A stretch of 62,713 nt of DNA, the filler included, from Perkinsus olseni (lineage: Eukaryota): the NCBI GenBank assembly GCA_013115125.1. It is 6 parts of 6 records of this genome, joined end to end, with 100 filler letters (N's around TTAATTAATTAA, not from the genome) between each part and the next. Parts side by side here need not be neighbours in the genome. Positions count along the whole stretch, not along the records: positions 24,050 to 35,872 come from JABANN010000814.1; positions 35,973 to 47,772 come from JABANN010000815.1; 4 more parts are not named here. One strand, written 5' to 3'. A model generated the notes under the pieces. The model was given only the letters and a program-made list of their open reading frames with translations. It was not told the origin of the DNA and did no database searches. Below, piece after piece: positions 24,510 through 37,200 of this stretch; position 1 is the stretch's first letter; every line of letters begins with the position of its first letter. The position numbers and the translations under genes are program-made.

Positions 24510-25884
24510 ATGGCCTTCGAAGCAGAAGTGAGCCCAATAGAGCGCAAGCTGGCACTACTTGCCCTACAGAAGCGGGACAGCAGCATCAAGAGTATCTTAA
24601 CTCATGCTCCGTACTATCACCAACCTCACTGGCCGTCACATCTCCCCTTCCCTTCAGGCACGCAGTCCTCTTCCACCTCAACCACTTCCCTGCGAGTGGC
24701 GACCCGACCCCTACTTGGGAGAAGCTAGACATCGAGGGTGTGCTGTATCTAGTCAGCACCATCACAGGCCACTTCCGATTGATATTATTCGACAACGAGC
24801 AAGCCCCCTCCGGCGCCGGCCTGGACTACAGTGGTGTCTCCCAGAGGGACATGTGGATGGCTGATCTTAGTCACGACGTCGTCGCCGAACAGCACGGGCA
24901 TACGCTGCATCTTCGGTAAGGAGCCCATCCTGCCTCGGAATTGGGGTCCATTTTGGGCCAGTCGAATAGGGGAGAAGTTGAAGAGAAAAAACGACGAAAA
25001 GGAAAATGACAATTTTTGTTCTCTCGAGTTTCACCCATCTTTATTTTCAGAACTGCTAATAACGAAGTTTTCGCCCTCTGGATGGCCCGTCCCGAAGTGG
25101 CCGATCGGGTAAGCTGTTCTCCCGTGTCACCACCTCCTGTCACACTCCCAAGGGTTGCAGGTTTGCTCCTACGTGGGCTCGATTCTCTCCGCCCGACCTC
25201 TGCCCAGTCCACCCTCCCCCTCCGACCTCCTCAAGATGATACTAGCGCGACGCCCTACCAGTGGCGCCAAGGAAGCTCCTGCTGCTAGCAGCCCCAGCGA
25301 GAGTGTTGACGCCGCTGACAGCGTACAGGGTTCGGAGGGGAAGCAGGTACTACCTTGTTGGGGTATGCCCGTCTGAAGCCTTCCTTCAGGGTCCCTCGTC
25401 CACTAGTGTGCCTAGCGTGGAGGGTTCGAATTCATCCGCTACGTTGAGTAGTAACAGCAGCAACATGGCTGCCGGACAGCACATTCTGAGCCTTCTCAAA
25501 GGAGGCAAGACTGATGCCCCGGTCGCGTCCCCTGGCAGCAGCAGCAGCAGGGCCAGCTCAAATTCAGGACAGCCCGCTAGTAGCCCGGCAGAGTCAGTGG
25601 CATCTGGTGAAGAGGGGTTGGCTGGCGCCGCCCTCAACACGCAGGGAGCAACAACAGTAGACACTTTTGAGATGCTCCAGGCCGAGCTATCCAAGCCCAA
25701 CGATGACGATGACGAGTCAGTGAGCGGGAGGCCACGGGAGGAGGAGGAAGGTGATGAGGGTACTACGCCGAACGCCGTGGAGGGCATTTCCGTGACGAAG
25801 GATACTCTCCGGCAAGCATTAGTCGACGTTGTTAGCTCCGATGAATTCATGGAAATGCTTACCCAGCGAATAAGACAAATTTAG
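24510..25884 (+). CDS. DCP1: mRNA-decapping factor Dcp1 (EVH1 domain), multi-exon
   Basis: LALQKRDSSIKSILTHAP|HAVLFHL..WEKLDIEGVLYLV, then a low-complexity linker and C-terminal TKDTLRQALVDVVSSDEFMEML, which resembles the Dcp1 trimerisation domain. Confidence 0.85.
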
Positions 25885-26146
25885 CGAACTTATTACCACC
25901 ACCACCGTTAACAACGTCATCAGCATAGCGTGCTCCTTCCCCTGCTCCTGCTGCTGCTGTCTTCTGTATTCCTGGCTTATGCCTGTAGCATTGTTACACG
26001 TAGAGACCCTAACGTGATCATCATCATCGGCAAGGAGGCATTGTATTTCCTCGTCCCTTCCTCCAGTTGTATTGATAATATTTACCATCATTAACTACCT
26101 CTCCTCCTCTTATTCGTCCCTCCACTAGTGCTACTACCGTCTATGT

Positions 26147-28342
26147 ATGTCATCCAGTACAGCGGCCGTCGTGTTGGTGGGGCCCGTCAGTATGCAGCTG
26201 TGCAGTTTTCCCGCTATGGATTCGCCCGACGCCACGAAGAACCGGCAGAACCCGGTGGACGGCATCCTGCCTTCTCTCATCGTTTCTCATCCGGGAGGAG
26301 CCCTTGGGAAGCATGGACGGGAGAACAGCAAGGTATTAGTACGGGAAAGGAGAGAGCGCATCTTTTTGTCTACGAGAGGCATGGGTCAACCTAAGATACT
26401 CTACATGATGTAGGTTTTAATGATATATACTGGCGGTACCGTCGGAATGCAGCCAGGTGGCGACGGGTCCCTACGCCCAGTTCCGGGGTTCCTCACGGAA
26501 AAGATTTCTCTCCTAGAGGAGCTCAAGCGACCAGGCATGCCCGACTGCACGGTACTACCACACCATTACCGGAGCGTATGGTGTACCGTCGTCTTCCTCG
26601 GCGAACTCCTTCTTTCGGACCCCCGCCGCCACAACGGTGTTTGAATCGCTCTCCCCTTGTCGACGATGGATCGATAGACCCCATTTTAGGTTATCGAGTG
26701 GGAGGAGCTGATAGACAGCTCGGACGTAACGCCTGAGCATTGGGCTAAGATGGCACAGGTACATCGCCACAGGCTGCTGGCCTTCATTCTACTGGAAAAT
26801 GCCGTAGTGAACAATATCTGTGCAACTGAGTAGCGTCGATGGTGCTGTTGAAAATCGGGTAATTTCGAGCTATCGTGAACGAAATTCTGCTGCGAATCTT
26901 CATTTTCGTAGCACCAAAATTGTCACCTCCGGAAGTTGCTGCTCAGCTTGGGGTCACTCGCTGCTGTAAACGCCTTCCGGAATTATTCACAGTTGTGTGA
27001 AACACCAGCGAGAGCGTAGCCCACTGGAGACTAGAAACGGATGGTGCGGTATGAGATCTCGGCCGGTCCCTCCTCAGAGCATCGAGGTGAACTACTATGA
27101 TTATGACGGCTTCGTCATCGTCCATGGCACTGACACTATGGCCTACACCGCAGCTGCCTTGTCGTTCATGCTCTCCAACCTGGCTAAGACAGTCGTCCTT
27201 ACTGGATCGATTCTACCCTTTGGGGAGCCCCATAGCGATGCTAGGAGGAATATCATAGTGTCTACGTTGATTGCCGGTAGTATCTTTGGGCAGAGGGGAG
27301 TATCTTTCGACCTCGTCTTTGACCAGGTGTGTGCAACATTCCCGAAGTTTGTGTATTTTTTAACACCTACCTGCTTAGAGGCTGCCGTTCCGTTAAGGTA
27401 GTGCATCTCAGAAGGTGTCTTTCTCAAGAGTATCTTAAGAGTATCTTAGGTTGACAGTGGTTCGATAGCAGCATTCGAGTCGCCCAACTTCCCCCCACTA
27501 GCTACACTAGGAGTTGGCATCCACTTCAACCACCATCTCCTCATGCCCGCCCCCAAAGGACGTTTCCAAGTCCACACCAACATGGAGAACTCTATACTGG
27601 TCCTTAGGATGGTAGTATGCCTGACGACAGCCGCCCTCTCCCTTGAAGGCCGCTCCCTAGGTCCCCGGATTCGCTGATCTGGAGTCACTCAGGGAGAGTG
27701 CAGTGAAAGGAGTGGTATTGTCCCTTTATGGTACGGGCAATGCACCTGCTAAGCAGCAGAAGTTCATTGACTGGTTGAAAAGGTAGTATCTTAATTATAA
27801 GCACCGTCACGATTCCGGAGAGCAAGAACACTAGAAGCCCTTGGGAACTCTATTCGTAGCGCCCCGACTATCTCGAACGCCGAATCATCTGTGAGCCATC
27901 AGCTCCACGCTGTCACTACGGAAAGTGTCAAGAATTCCGACGGATTTATTCTGACTCGGGAGACCTTTCATACCTCCCTGTCGGTAGCCTATAATCCCTT
28001 CAGGTTCAACGAGAGGGGCATTGCCGTAGTGGCTGTATCCCAATGTTTGAAGGGCCAAGTGGAGTTGAACGCCTATGCTGTTGGCTCCCGTCTGCTGTCT
28101 GTCGGCGTCATCAGTGCTGGCGATATGACCGTCGAAGCTGCGGTTACCAAACTCAGCTACCTTCTGGGGAGGGGGATGACTCTGCCGCAAATAAGTCGAG
28201 CATTCGAGATGTCCCTCAGAGGGGAGGTTACCGAGGTACTACTCGTACCACTCCTTTCGGAAATCGTAGCCTTCCTCCCCTTCAGACGAATGGTGACGAG
28301 GATATCTTCCGTGGATTCGCGGGAGTTGTATCAAAGTTGTGA
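26147..28342 (+). CDS. ansA: Type I (cytoplasmic) L-asparaginase, multi-exon; start uncertain
   Basis: IYTGGTVGM, LIDSSD, VIVHGTDTMAYTA, VVLTGS, AFESPNFPPLA, YGTGNAP, VSQC and DMTVEAAVTKLSYLL motifs. Confidence 0.93.
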
Positions 28343-28639
28343 CCCTTACCATGCCATCGCCAATTTATCAGCAATTATCAATCTCAAATTATCGATCCGC
28401 GTGAACGACATTTGACTTTTGTGTTTATGGCTTACTAAGCTCGACGAAGGCGAGAATCGGGAAGCTTCTCTGGTTCGGAAACAGTGGGCAGCGGCTGGGC
28501 AAATGCACGCTCCGTTGCTGGAGGGCCAGCCTTCCTTAGGGATGCCCACCCGTCTGCGAAGCTCGTTCGTTTGCGTTGCTTCTCACTGTCTATAACGCGA
28601 GCAAGCGAGATCGGTGTTTTAACAGCTTATCCTTGTACC

Positions 28640-29231
28640 ATGGTCAAACGCCGTAAAGCCCCTACTAAGGCAGCAGCTGAGGAGCCGACGGAGGAAGACC
28701 CTTCCCTTTGGTCACGAGGACAGCGCAAACGACGCGTCAGGAAGGAGGCCCTTAGTGAGTGATAGTGTTGGACGCCGTTTTTGTGTAACGGCTCGCGTGA
28801 TGGCTCAGTCCGGAAGAAGCAGTTCGCGGCAGAGCAGGTCAGAGCCAAGCACATGAAAGACGCGGAAGCGAAGGACAAGAGTAGGTCATTCCAGCGCTGG
28901 TCGTTGATGGTGATGATGGTGTCCCCCTCAGGGAACGTCTTGGCGAACCTGCAGGCCTTGAGGGGCTCCCTAAAGCTGGATCTGCAGGAGGATGAGTCGA
29001 AGGCACACAAGCCGAGGAAGGTCCACAAGCTGGCAGCCAAACCTAAGACGAGGGCAGCGCTACACAAGCAGAACCTGAGGGAAGTTCTGCAATATAAGAG
29101 TGTAAGTTGAGTACCTCCGCGCCTACCAATGTGTGGGGCGTTGGCAGGTCCTGTCGTTCGAGCCCTTCCAGCAGAACCCTCTGGCAGCTATTCAACAGCA
29201 CCTTCGGAATACGCAGGGTGCTGCACCCTAG
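28640..29231 (+). CDS. SLX9: SLX9/FAM207-like ribosome biogenesis protein, multi-exon
   Basis: Small basic protein ending in FQQNPLAAIQQHLRNT, the typical SLX9-family C-terminus. Confidence 0.7.
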
Positions 29232-29666
29232 CCTCTCACGTTACTTCTATTGCCGCTTCATGTGTTGTTTGTCAATCGGTCCACCCGGGTTCGATCCCTG
29301 CATGTTGCATATGTTGATTTATCCGTCACGCCTACTGTCCCCCCGCTGCCTCGCTGCATGGACGCCCGCCCATAATGTAAGTGGTTCCGCAGCTCCTTCG
29401 CTCCGCCCTCCTCGAGCCAGTATCACCCTAGAGTTTTCCACTGCTACCCGCTGCCCTCGTGCAAGTGCTGCTTTTGCTGCTGCTGCACGGAATTAGATCA
29501 TCACGAGTCGTCAGTGTTAGTTGTGAGCGTACGTGCACACGCTTCGATCGATCTGCTCAAGTTAGCTACTCCCCGTCCTAGAAGCTGGTCGGTCCGGTTC
29601 TTCGATCCTGAGTATTGCTCTGGTAGCCGTAGGTAGCCATCTTTTTTTCAGGCACGTGCAATTAGC

Positions 29667-30938
29667 ATGGCGAAGCCCCACCCCCACGGATATGTTCCAC
29701 GATGGGCATCTGGCGAACCCTTCGACCTCCCTTTGCCGTCTAAGGTGGTCAGCCCTAGTCGGGTCGGGCTCGGCCGTTCACTACCGCATCTTCGCACGAC
29801 CTATGAACTCCCAATGGTCACTCTGACGTGCCCTATGGTCTCGTAGCTTCAAGCGGAAAACCATAGTCGTCAGTTACGTACGCTGAACTCAACTCGCTCG
29901 CGTATCTTGAGATCAACTTGATCGCGTATCTTAAGGTCAACTTGGTCGCGTATCTTGAGGTCAACTTGGTCGCGTATCTTAAGGTCAACTTGGTCGCGTA
30001 TCTTGAGGTCAACTTAGTCGCGTATCTTGAGGTCAACTTGGTCGCGTATCTTGAGGTCATCTCAAACCATTTCGGGGTTATCGTGCCCTCCTTAGATACT
30101 ATGTGTAGCGAAGAACTTTGCGAGCTCTAAAGAAGAGCTCGACTCCCACAGCGAGAACTTAAACGAGTCCATGGACAAGGTTGGATACTGTCGAAGCCAT
30201 CGAGGATCGCTCCGCCCTCCACAGGCTATCATCTTCAGCAAATCATTAACCTCGCTCGTACCAATAACACAACCGATAGAACTTCAACAACGAGAAGATG
30301 TCTTTTACGAGACGGAACTGGCCCTGCTGATCACCGAGCAGGTCTGCACTCGTCGCTTGCGTACGACATGATACCGTGGTTTCCTCTCAGCTGCCCCAGT
30401 CCCCTTCGGGATGTCCACCAAAGGACTGTCTGGCCGCAGTAGGAGGCGTTGCAGTGGCTCTGGACCTCACCTTGAAGGACGTGCAAAACGCCAGCAAGGC
30501 GGTCGGAGGTAGGCCGCCGGGACCTCTCGCGCATATCGCATTTGACAGGTTCTTGGGAGAAAGCGAAAGCCTTCGATCGAAGTTGTCCGATCTCTGACTG
30601 GGTCAAGGTTGCTGGACTGGAAGAAAATTCTGAATGGAAAATATCCACCAAGATTGATGATCACCTCGTGAGTTCTCATGGACGCTCCGGACGATCATAA
30701 CCACCATTTTTATCATTGATGGCAGCAGATTCAAGAACAAAGCACGACTGATATGCTCATACCAATCCATTGCCTACTCGCGCAGTTGACCAAGTCCTTC
30801 ACCCTTCTACCGGGAGATATCGTCCTCACGGGAACGCCGGTCCTCCCCGAAGGCCCTGGCCCACTCAAGCCTGGCATGCTGCTCACGCTGAGCGTCGAGC
30901 CCCTTGTCGGAACCCTCACCACCCGGACCACCGCATAG
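29667..30938 (+). CDS. Fumarylacetoacetate hydrolase (FAHD-like) family protein, multi-exon
   Basis: ILCVAKNF, IFSK, YETELAL, ALDLTLKDVQ and TLLPGDIVLTGTP motifs. Confidence 0.88.
29898..30059. repeat. 24-bp minisatellite, about 6.7 copies, in the first intron of the FAH gene
   Basis: Unit TCGCGTATCTT(G/A)AGGTCAACTTGG. Confidence 0.95.
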
Positions 30939-31420
30939 GAGCTACTCAGCCGCAGTTGCGGATGATTTTCTTTCAAACTACCCCGGCCTCGAGTTGAAGT
31001 AGACAGGAAACTCACCAAGACAACCTTCCCAATAGTGTTCATTAATAAACTCACGTTGGAAAGCACACGTGCTTTCCAATTCGTCGAGGGAGCCGTCATG
31101 AGCTGCTACGAACTGGTCAACACAACGCGTACGGCTATTACAGAGGAAAACAAAAGCATAACTGATTAGGAGGCAGTATACTAATACTGGTGATTGTTAA
31201 TAGTAGCACTTTATTATTGTCACCGCTACTACTAATACTACTTCTTAACTAATACAATAGTCATTACTACAGGCTACAGGCGAATACGTTCAAGCGAACC
31301 AAGCAACAGCAACAGCAACAGTCAATATTACGTTATCGTTGTTGTCACGTGGGGTTATGAGGACGGCCAAACTCGACAAAGGGCGGATGAGGAAAACTAA
31401 TAGTACCGCTCGGAGGTGGA

Positions 31421-32338
31421 CTAGAAGGGCGCCTCGCTAGGTAGTAGTCCTAGCTGTTGGCGTGCTGCAGTGAATACGTCAGTGGAATCGGGCTCATAGA
31501 ACTCATAAAACGTTCGTTTGACTTTAACAGAGGGCTGTCGCTTCAAGGCAGCCTCTACCTCTCCGCTGGTCCTCTGTACGCTGGTAGTAGTTTCGAGCAC
31601 AGGAGCTGTCTTGCCAGTTCGTATCTTAGCTACGGACGCCGTCTTCGGTGCACTACCATTAGACGTATCCTTCGCTGTGCGTGGCCCTACAGCCTTCGCA
31701 GTTCTACTACCAGCAGCAGCAGCCTTACCATCCCTGCCCTGTGTTGTTGGCCCACCTCGGCTGCCTGAAACCGCAGGCCCTTTCACTGCCGCTGTTTGCT
31801 GCTTCTTCTGGGTGGTAGCTGCAGCAGGTGACGAGCGCTTAGATTTGCTCTTACCAACAGTCTGCCATTCACCATCATCGTCCGCTGCTACTACAGGAGC
31901 TCTGATGACGAGAGGCTCCACCGCTGCCGTCTTGGCCCTCACCAGCGTGCTCTCATGTACCGGTGTGATGAAGGAGTCCGAAGATGATGAGGACGATGAC
32001 GACGACGAGACCTCCGACGGCGATCTTGATCGCGCTGATGATCCCCCAGGGGATACAACAGTTGACACAGTACTGCTATTGATTCCTGCCGCTGTAGTAG
32101 TAGCGGGCTGGCTTGGCTGCTTCGCTCCGCTATTTGAATTCTGGCTTTTTGCCTTCGCTGTAGTAGCCTCCTCGTGCTTCGTCGCTGCAGCAGCCTTCTT
32201 CGCCTGTCGCTTCTTCCTCTTCTTGGCAGCCTTCGACACCGGCTGAGTCGCGCCCGCTGGTTGTTGCTGATGCTGTCGACTATCCCTGTCCTGCTCGCCC
32301 TCACCAGCCTCTAGGTCAACGAAGGATCGGCTCGCCAT
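31421..32338 (-). CDS. Intronless low-complexity hypothetical protein (Ala/Ser/Lys-rich); start may lie further upstream (frame open to 32560)
   Basis: Long ORF with AAKKRKKRQAKK, EWQTVGKSK and a C-terminal VKVKRTFYEF motif. Confidence 0.7.
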   Translation of the reverse strand: MASRSFVDLEAGEGEQDRDSRQHQQQPAGATQPVSKAAKKRKKRQAKKAAAATKHEEATTAKAKSQNSNSGAKQPSQPATTTAAGINSSTVSTVVSPGGSSARSRSPSEVSSSSSSSSSSDSFITPVHESTLVRAKTAAVEPLVIRAPVVAADDDGEWQTVGKSKSKRSSPAAATTQKKQQTAAVKGPAVSGSRGGPTTQGRDGKAAAAGSRTAKAVGPRTAKDTSNGSAPKTASVAKIRTGKTAPVLETTTSVQRTSGEVEAALKRQPSVKVKRTFYEFYEPDSTDVFTAARQQLGLLPSEAPF

Positions 32339-32777
32339 GGACTCGTAGGGTATATACTGTAGGAAACGAGATGATTGTGGACCCCCCAGGAAGGGCGACA
32401 TCTCCTGCTGGGCATCCTGCTGCCGCTGCTGTGAACGACGTTGAAGGGACTCGAAGCGGTCTTTGTAATACTCGGAAAGGACTCTCTGAGAGACGATTGG
32501 TGGGGTTGGAGGTTGGAGAACCAGCAGGAGTAGTACAAATTCGAGGGCCTGTGCCAGCACGGCGTCTAGGTCGGCGTACCGGACTGAGTCGGATTCTAGA
32601 CTATCCAGGAGACGATACCACAGCTGAAAAGACCGTAGAAAGTTTCAGACCGAAATACGCTTGGCCCTCGGCTTTCAGTAATGAGATGAGTCAAGGACGA
32701 ACAGTAGACGATGGCAAGCGGCCAAGCCTTCCGCGCAGACGAGGAAGTTGGGTAGTGTTAGAGTATCCTAAGGTTAA

Positions 32778-33707
32778 TTATGGTAGAAGATATAATACCT
32801 CTTTCCTCGTGACCAGTCGGCTTCTATTCCGCTTAGCGTTCCGTAAGAAGTCCTCGCAGCGCTCGTCTATGAACTGAAGAGACGAGAAGATACGCGCATC
32901 CAAGGTTGACCATAGTATTACATCGAATAGGGTGTGATCCATTAGGACCTTCATGCAGGGTTGAAGGGCATCCGCCTCTCCATTAATACCACTAGAAGGA
33001 TCTTCCTGGAGAAGCATGTAGCCTGAAAAGTTGGGAGTATCATTTGCTCTGGAATGACCAAGGATCGACTCGGGACTAGACAAAACAAACAGTCAGCAAC
33101 GCCATCAGGAAAACGGGAATCGCACGGATGCTACTACCATCCTTGAACTGCGCTTCTCCTTTCGACCGGGGAGGGGTCTCGAATCCAGGCAGAACGTTGT
33201 GGTTGGTGGGCTCGAAGAACTGCAACAACCTCGGATACTTCCGCTCAGCCCCTTGGCGCTCAGGGCTCAAATTAGCACACCACGCCCGCTGAAAGTCGAG
33301 CATGTAATTGAAATAATCCCAAGGCTGTAGGGCACGGCACCTTCCGCCAGTTGTCCAATCGTGTAACGAATTCCTTGTCGGCGATGGTTAGCAAAGCCTG
33401 TCGGGCGCTGTTGGATAGCCTACCGTACGCCTCTATGACATCCTTCCTTCGAACCTGAGGATTCCTCAGTGAGGAATGAGGGCCTTTGCAAGGCTAGTAA
33501 CCAACGCCGTCGTACCATGGGAAGGTGCTTGTCGATCTTGGCCAGAAAGGCTGGTATCATGACGGTGGAAAACTTGCCAGCTCCGCCAGGGGTGACGTCC
33601 TCTCTGAATGTTAGACCTTTGGTTTGGTCACCAGTCGCGCCTCCACCGCTGCCAAGAACCGTCGGGGCAGTAGCCGACCCCGAACCTACTGGAGGGCCCC
33701 GGGACAT
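32778..33707 (-). CDS. Hypothetical protein, multi-exon; 3' end uncertain
   Basis: Successive minus-strand frames separated by short GT-AG introns, starting MSRGPPVGSG. Confidence 0.5.
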
Positions 33708-35147
33708 AACTACTACGGAAAATATGACTGAAAGAAGAATGTCATCAGCATGAAAAAGGGCTCGATCAGCTGGGAGCAAGCACGAACGTGAAGCGTTAGA
33801 AAGAGGGAAATGACAATGAATAATTCATCGGACTGCGTACCAGCAGAGGAGCCCGGCCGATTGACAACAGTGAGGCGAAAAGGGAGAACTAAAGTAGATG
33901 CTTCGGTAACCGGCCCCATCCTTCTACACCTGCAGCCGGGGACTCCGAACGACTGTACCGGTGAATGACTTTTCTGAAAAGGGCAAGGGATGATTAGACT
34001 AGGGTGATTTTTTTATCATCTTGGGTGCCATGGCCGCGGGCACACGATGGACGAGTGAAAGAAGAGAACGTAGCTGCTATTTTACTTGATAGAAACAACA
34101 ACACGAATCCGTCATAATCCGTCTTCATCAGAGAGGATGAAAAACGTACTATGAACCGTCGGCACGGTGACGACGAGGAATGAGAGAAATGAACGTTGTG
34201 AGGATCGAACTCACGCGGTGGGAACGCGATGGGTAAAAACTCTAGCGCTCATCCACCCGGACAAAAAGTTTGTTGAAATCTCAATGGGCAACACGGGCGG
34301 CCGTGACCTGCGTCGTAGTTTCCAACTACAGTGTAGTTACTACACTTTCACCCGAAAGCAAGGAACACGTGATGCCGTCACGACTCACGGCTCATTGGGC
34401 CGATAGGCCAACCGGCTCGTTTGATTTACGTAATCATCACATTAACCAAATGCACGAATGACGCATGGGCGTAGTGTAACACTTTTCCCTACACATAACA
34501 TTGTGTGTGTCAGTTTGAATTCCAACGCCGTCGTCCGGCTTAGATAGACTTGATGCCGATGTGCTGGCAACTCACATTGCAAGCATCGCAGACTTTCAAG
34601 CATTACATTGTAATGTGGTAAATTTGGCGACGGTAACCTCGTCCGAATTAGCGCAAATCCGACACACACATCGCTATCCGTGATCATTGCGGCTATGAGC
34701 CTCTCGGAAGTTCGTCCCCTCCCGTGGGATTCCGACCAAAAGTTACCCTGGGGAAATTCTTACTGTGAGGCTTCTGCTAGCTTTCAGGTGCAGCTCTGAG
34801 CGGTAAACGTCCACTATGATATTTCGCATCCGGAGTTTTGATTTCGCGCCAGAACATGACGTTATGGTGGTGCAAAAAGTCCATATGAAAGTCCCTCCCG
34901 AGAGCTTTCAAAATCGGCAATCTTTCTGGACGCTATAGTAATACTCGAATACTACGGAAAGAATTTAACTCTTTTAGCAGCAGGTTTATCGTGACTTCAA
35001 CCTGAGTAGTCACTCGCGACTGTTCCAAGCTGGCATGGCCACAAGTGTGCGCCGCAGCAAGGAGTGGCGAATGTGGGCGTGAGTGTCCCTCACCACTTCT
35101 TCAAGAAGATCGCAGTCGACAGTAAGCCGTGCAAGCAATGGGGCTGT

Positions 35148-35221
35148 GCTGGAATGGTTTAGTTGGTTATGACGACTGCCTCACACGTAGTAGGTTCCGA
35201 GTTCGATTCTCTGTTCCAGTA
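35148..35221 (+). tRNA. tRNA-Val(CAC)
   Basis: Acceptor stem GCTGGAA/TTCCAGT, anticodon arm ACTGC-CTCACAC-GTAGT, T-loop GTTCGATTC. One T-stem mismatch. Confidence 0.9.
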
Positions 35222-35509
35222 TATAAAACTCTTATTGCTCAATCACTAGCTCCACCCAATAAGGGAGACGTCGACGTAACATGATTCTGGCTTCATTATC
35301 CATTCTCTTGAGGCTTTCAAAGCGGTACGAAAAGTATCTCCGATAAATGACACAAAATGGTGTGTACTCATTCACAATGTCCCGATCGACGCTAGTGAAT
35401 ACGTAGCCCGAAGGCCTGCTGATACGACGATCATTGAGTGTGCTGGTTCTTCTCGCAACTTCTGAAAACGTTGCTCAGCTGATTTTCGTCGTTGTTCTCT
35501 TCATTATCA

Positions 35510-35872
35510 ATGCGTTCCTATCTCTTCGCAGTTATTGCTGCTGTAGCAGCTGCCACTGAAGATCCGTGTGCTCAGATGTGTTCTGATGTCAGCGGCTGCA
35601 GTGATTCCAAGTACGGATCGTATTGCAAGTCGTGGCTGAGTAGCCCCGTCTGCTTCGGTCTGGTGAAAAAAGCTGATGGTTCGGTATGCTTCCAGCCGAC
35701 AGACCCTTCCTGTGTCGGAGACTCGATATCTTGCGGTTCAGTGAGCACTCCAGTCGTCACCACATCGACTGAGCCTGTCACAACCACAACTAAGGCTGTT
35801 GTTTCCACGACCACAACTAAGGCTGCTGTTTCCACGACCACAACTAAGGCTGCTGTTTCCACGACCACAACT
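35510..35872 (+). CDS. Secreted Cys-rich protein with Thr-rich mucin-like stalk; 3' truncated
   Basis: Signal peptide MRSYLFAVIAAVAAA, an 8-Cys domain (GSYCKSW..PVCFGL..CFQP..C) and TTTTKAAVS repeats. Confidence 0.8.
35780..35872 (+). repeat. 27-bp coding tandem repeat (TTTTKAAVS), about 3.4 copies up to the contig end
   Basis: Unit ACGACCACAACTAAGGCTGCTGTTTCC. Confidence 0.9.
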
Positions 35873-35972
35873 NNNNNNNNNNNNNNNNNNNNNNNNNNNN
35901 NNNNNNNNNNNNNNNNTTAATTAATTAANNNNNNNNNNNNNNNNNNNNNNNNNNNNNNNNNNNNNNNNNNNN
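35873..35972. other. Artificial contig linker
   Basis: N44-TTAATTAATTAA-N44. Confidence 0.99.
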
Positions 35973-36060
35973 CTATGAGAGGACCCCATACCTCATGAGC
36001 ATAAAGGATGACAGGTAGAAGAACTTTGTTATATATTTCAATGAAAAGTCCAACCCAACC
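35973..36060 (-). mobile_element. Non-LTR retrotransposon fragment (post-RT region)
   Basis: IYNKVLLPVILYAHEVWG matches the LINE motif LYxxxxxPxxxYxxEVW. Confidence 0.6.
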
Positions 36061-36506
36061 CGACAGCGCAATGTCAACTCCTGGCTGGCGTTTAATATGT
36101 TTTTGTCGCCCGGTGGGCACGGTCCCGAGCCAACATACCATCGAAAACACTGTGGACATGCTTTTTGTTCGCTACCTAGTCATCGGTACCCTGTCTGATT
36201 AGACTGAGATCCAGAGCAACTTCGCCCAGTGTGAAAACGAACTCGAACAGTGCATCGTCCGAAGAAACGTTTGGTTTTTTGAACGGATAATAAGAAGTCT
36301 GGAAAAGCATTGCCCTCAGCTGGACACGAAATAAAGTACAGGAAAAATTGACGACAAGATCGAAAATACGATCGGGAATAGAACTACACGGTCCATAAAA
36401 CCAGATCTATCTTAAACCAGCATCTCGACAGTATCGCGAGCCACTGAGGTGAGCTCAGAAGCATCCCTCGTAGAACTGGTCACTTATTAAGGTAGGTCTT
36501 TGCACG

Positions 36507-36791
36507 TCACAAAAACAGTGGCCCGCTATCATCATGAATTGAAGCACTCTCAAGGTGAGTAAAGACGGCCTCTTCCTCTGGAGGAGCATGATGTGAGCTC
36601 CTTGGCTCAGCATCTACGGGTCCATCCTCGGGGTCAGTACGGTCAACAGGGTCATAAACAACGACCTTTGCATACTCACGCTCTTCCTGCTGGTCATGTT
36701 GAGTAAACCATCCAAAGCAACTGGCGCTACAATACTCAATAGCCGCCAGCAAGCAATACAAGTGCAGTAGGAGGTTCGTGACGCGGGCCAT
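36507..36791 (-). pseudogene. Secreted acidic family, copy A (first exon, in-frame TGA at 36507-36509)
   Basis: Signal peptide ending SASC and motif DPEDGPVDAEP. Has TGA where copy B has CGA. Confidence 0.6.
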
Positions 36792-37044
36792 CCGATTTGG
36801 CAAATGAACAAGAAACAGGCGGTGGCGGGTTTTGCACGCATGTGCACGCCGCTCTGAGCGATTTACGCGGCTGCGCGTGCGTCACGGGGTGCCGAGGCAA
36901 TCTTGGAGCTCTTTCCATAGAAGCTCATAGAGGATAGACACAGCGAGCTACATCACGGCTCCTCGCCCTTCCACATCTGTGAATTTTCGACGTGAAGCTA
37001 AGGTGGAGTGCTACCAGGCTTTTCACACTGGGAGGCGGACGGTG

Positions 37045-37200
37045 TTGCAGATGCCCTTGGTACTGTGCTTAACACAACAGCACAGAGTAAGCCGAGAGGC
37101 AGAATTGTACTTGCGTACACCGCAACAAAATAGCTATGGTGGAATAGATCAACTTGGCGACCTATAGAAACATAGCAATACGGAGTTACACCGTACAGTA
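37045..37200 (-). repeat. Dispersed repeat, inverted relative to its copy at ~57365-57526
   Basis: Near-identical ...GCTTAACACAACAGCACAGAGTAAGCCGAGAGGCAGAATTGTACTTGCGTACAC... on two different contigs. Confidence 0.85.

Noticed and set aside
26741-26761. Reverse-strand similarity to the spliced leader
   Set aside because: Lies in asparaginase coding sequence (WAKMAQ); coincidental.
29833-30130. ORFs with repeated TSRYATKL / VNLVAYLE units, or a CRISPR-like array
   Set aside because: Translations of an intronic 24-bp minisatellite. There are no unique spacers and no cas genes.
31518-32246. 242-aa plus-strand ORF and other antisense ORFs over real genes
   Set aside because: Shadow frames of codon-biased or low-complexity genes on the opposite strand.
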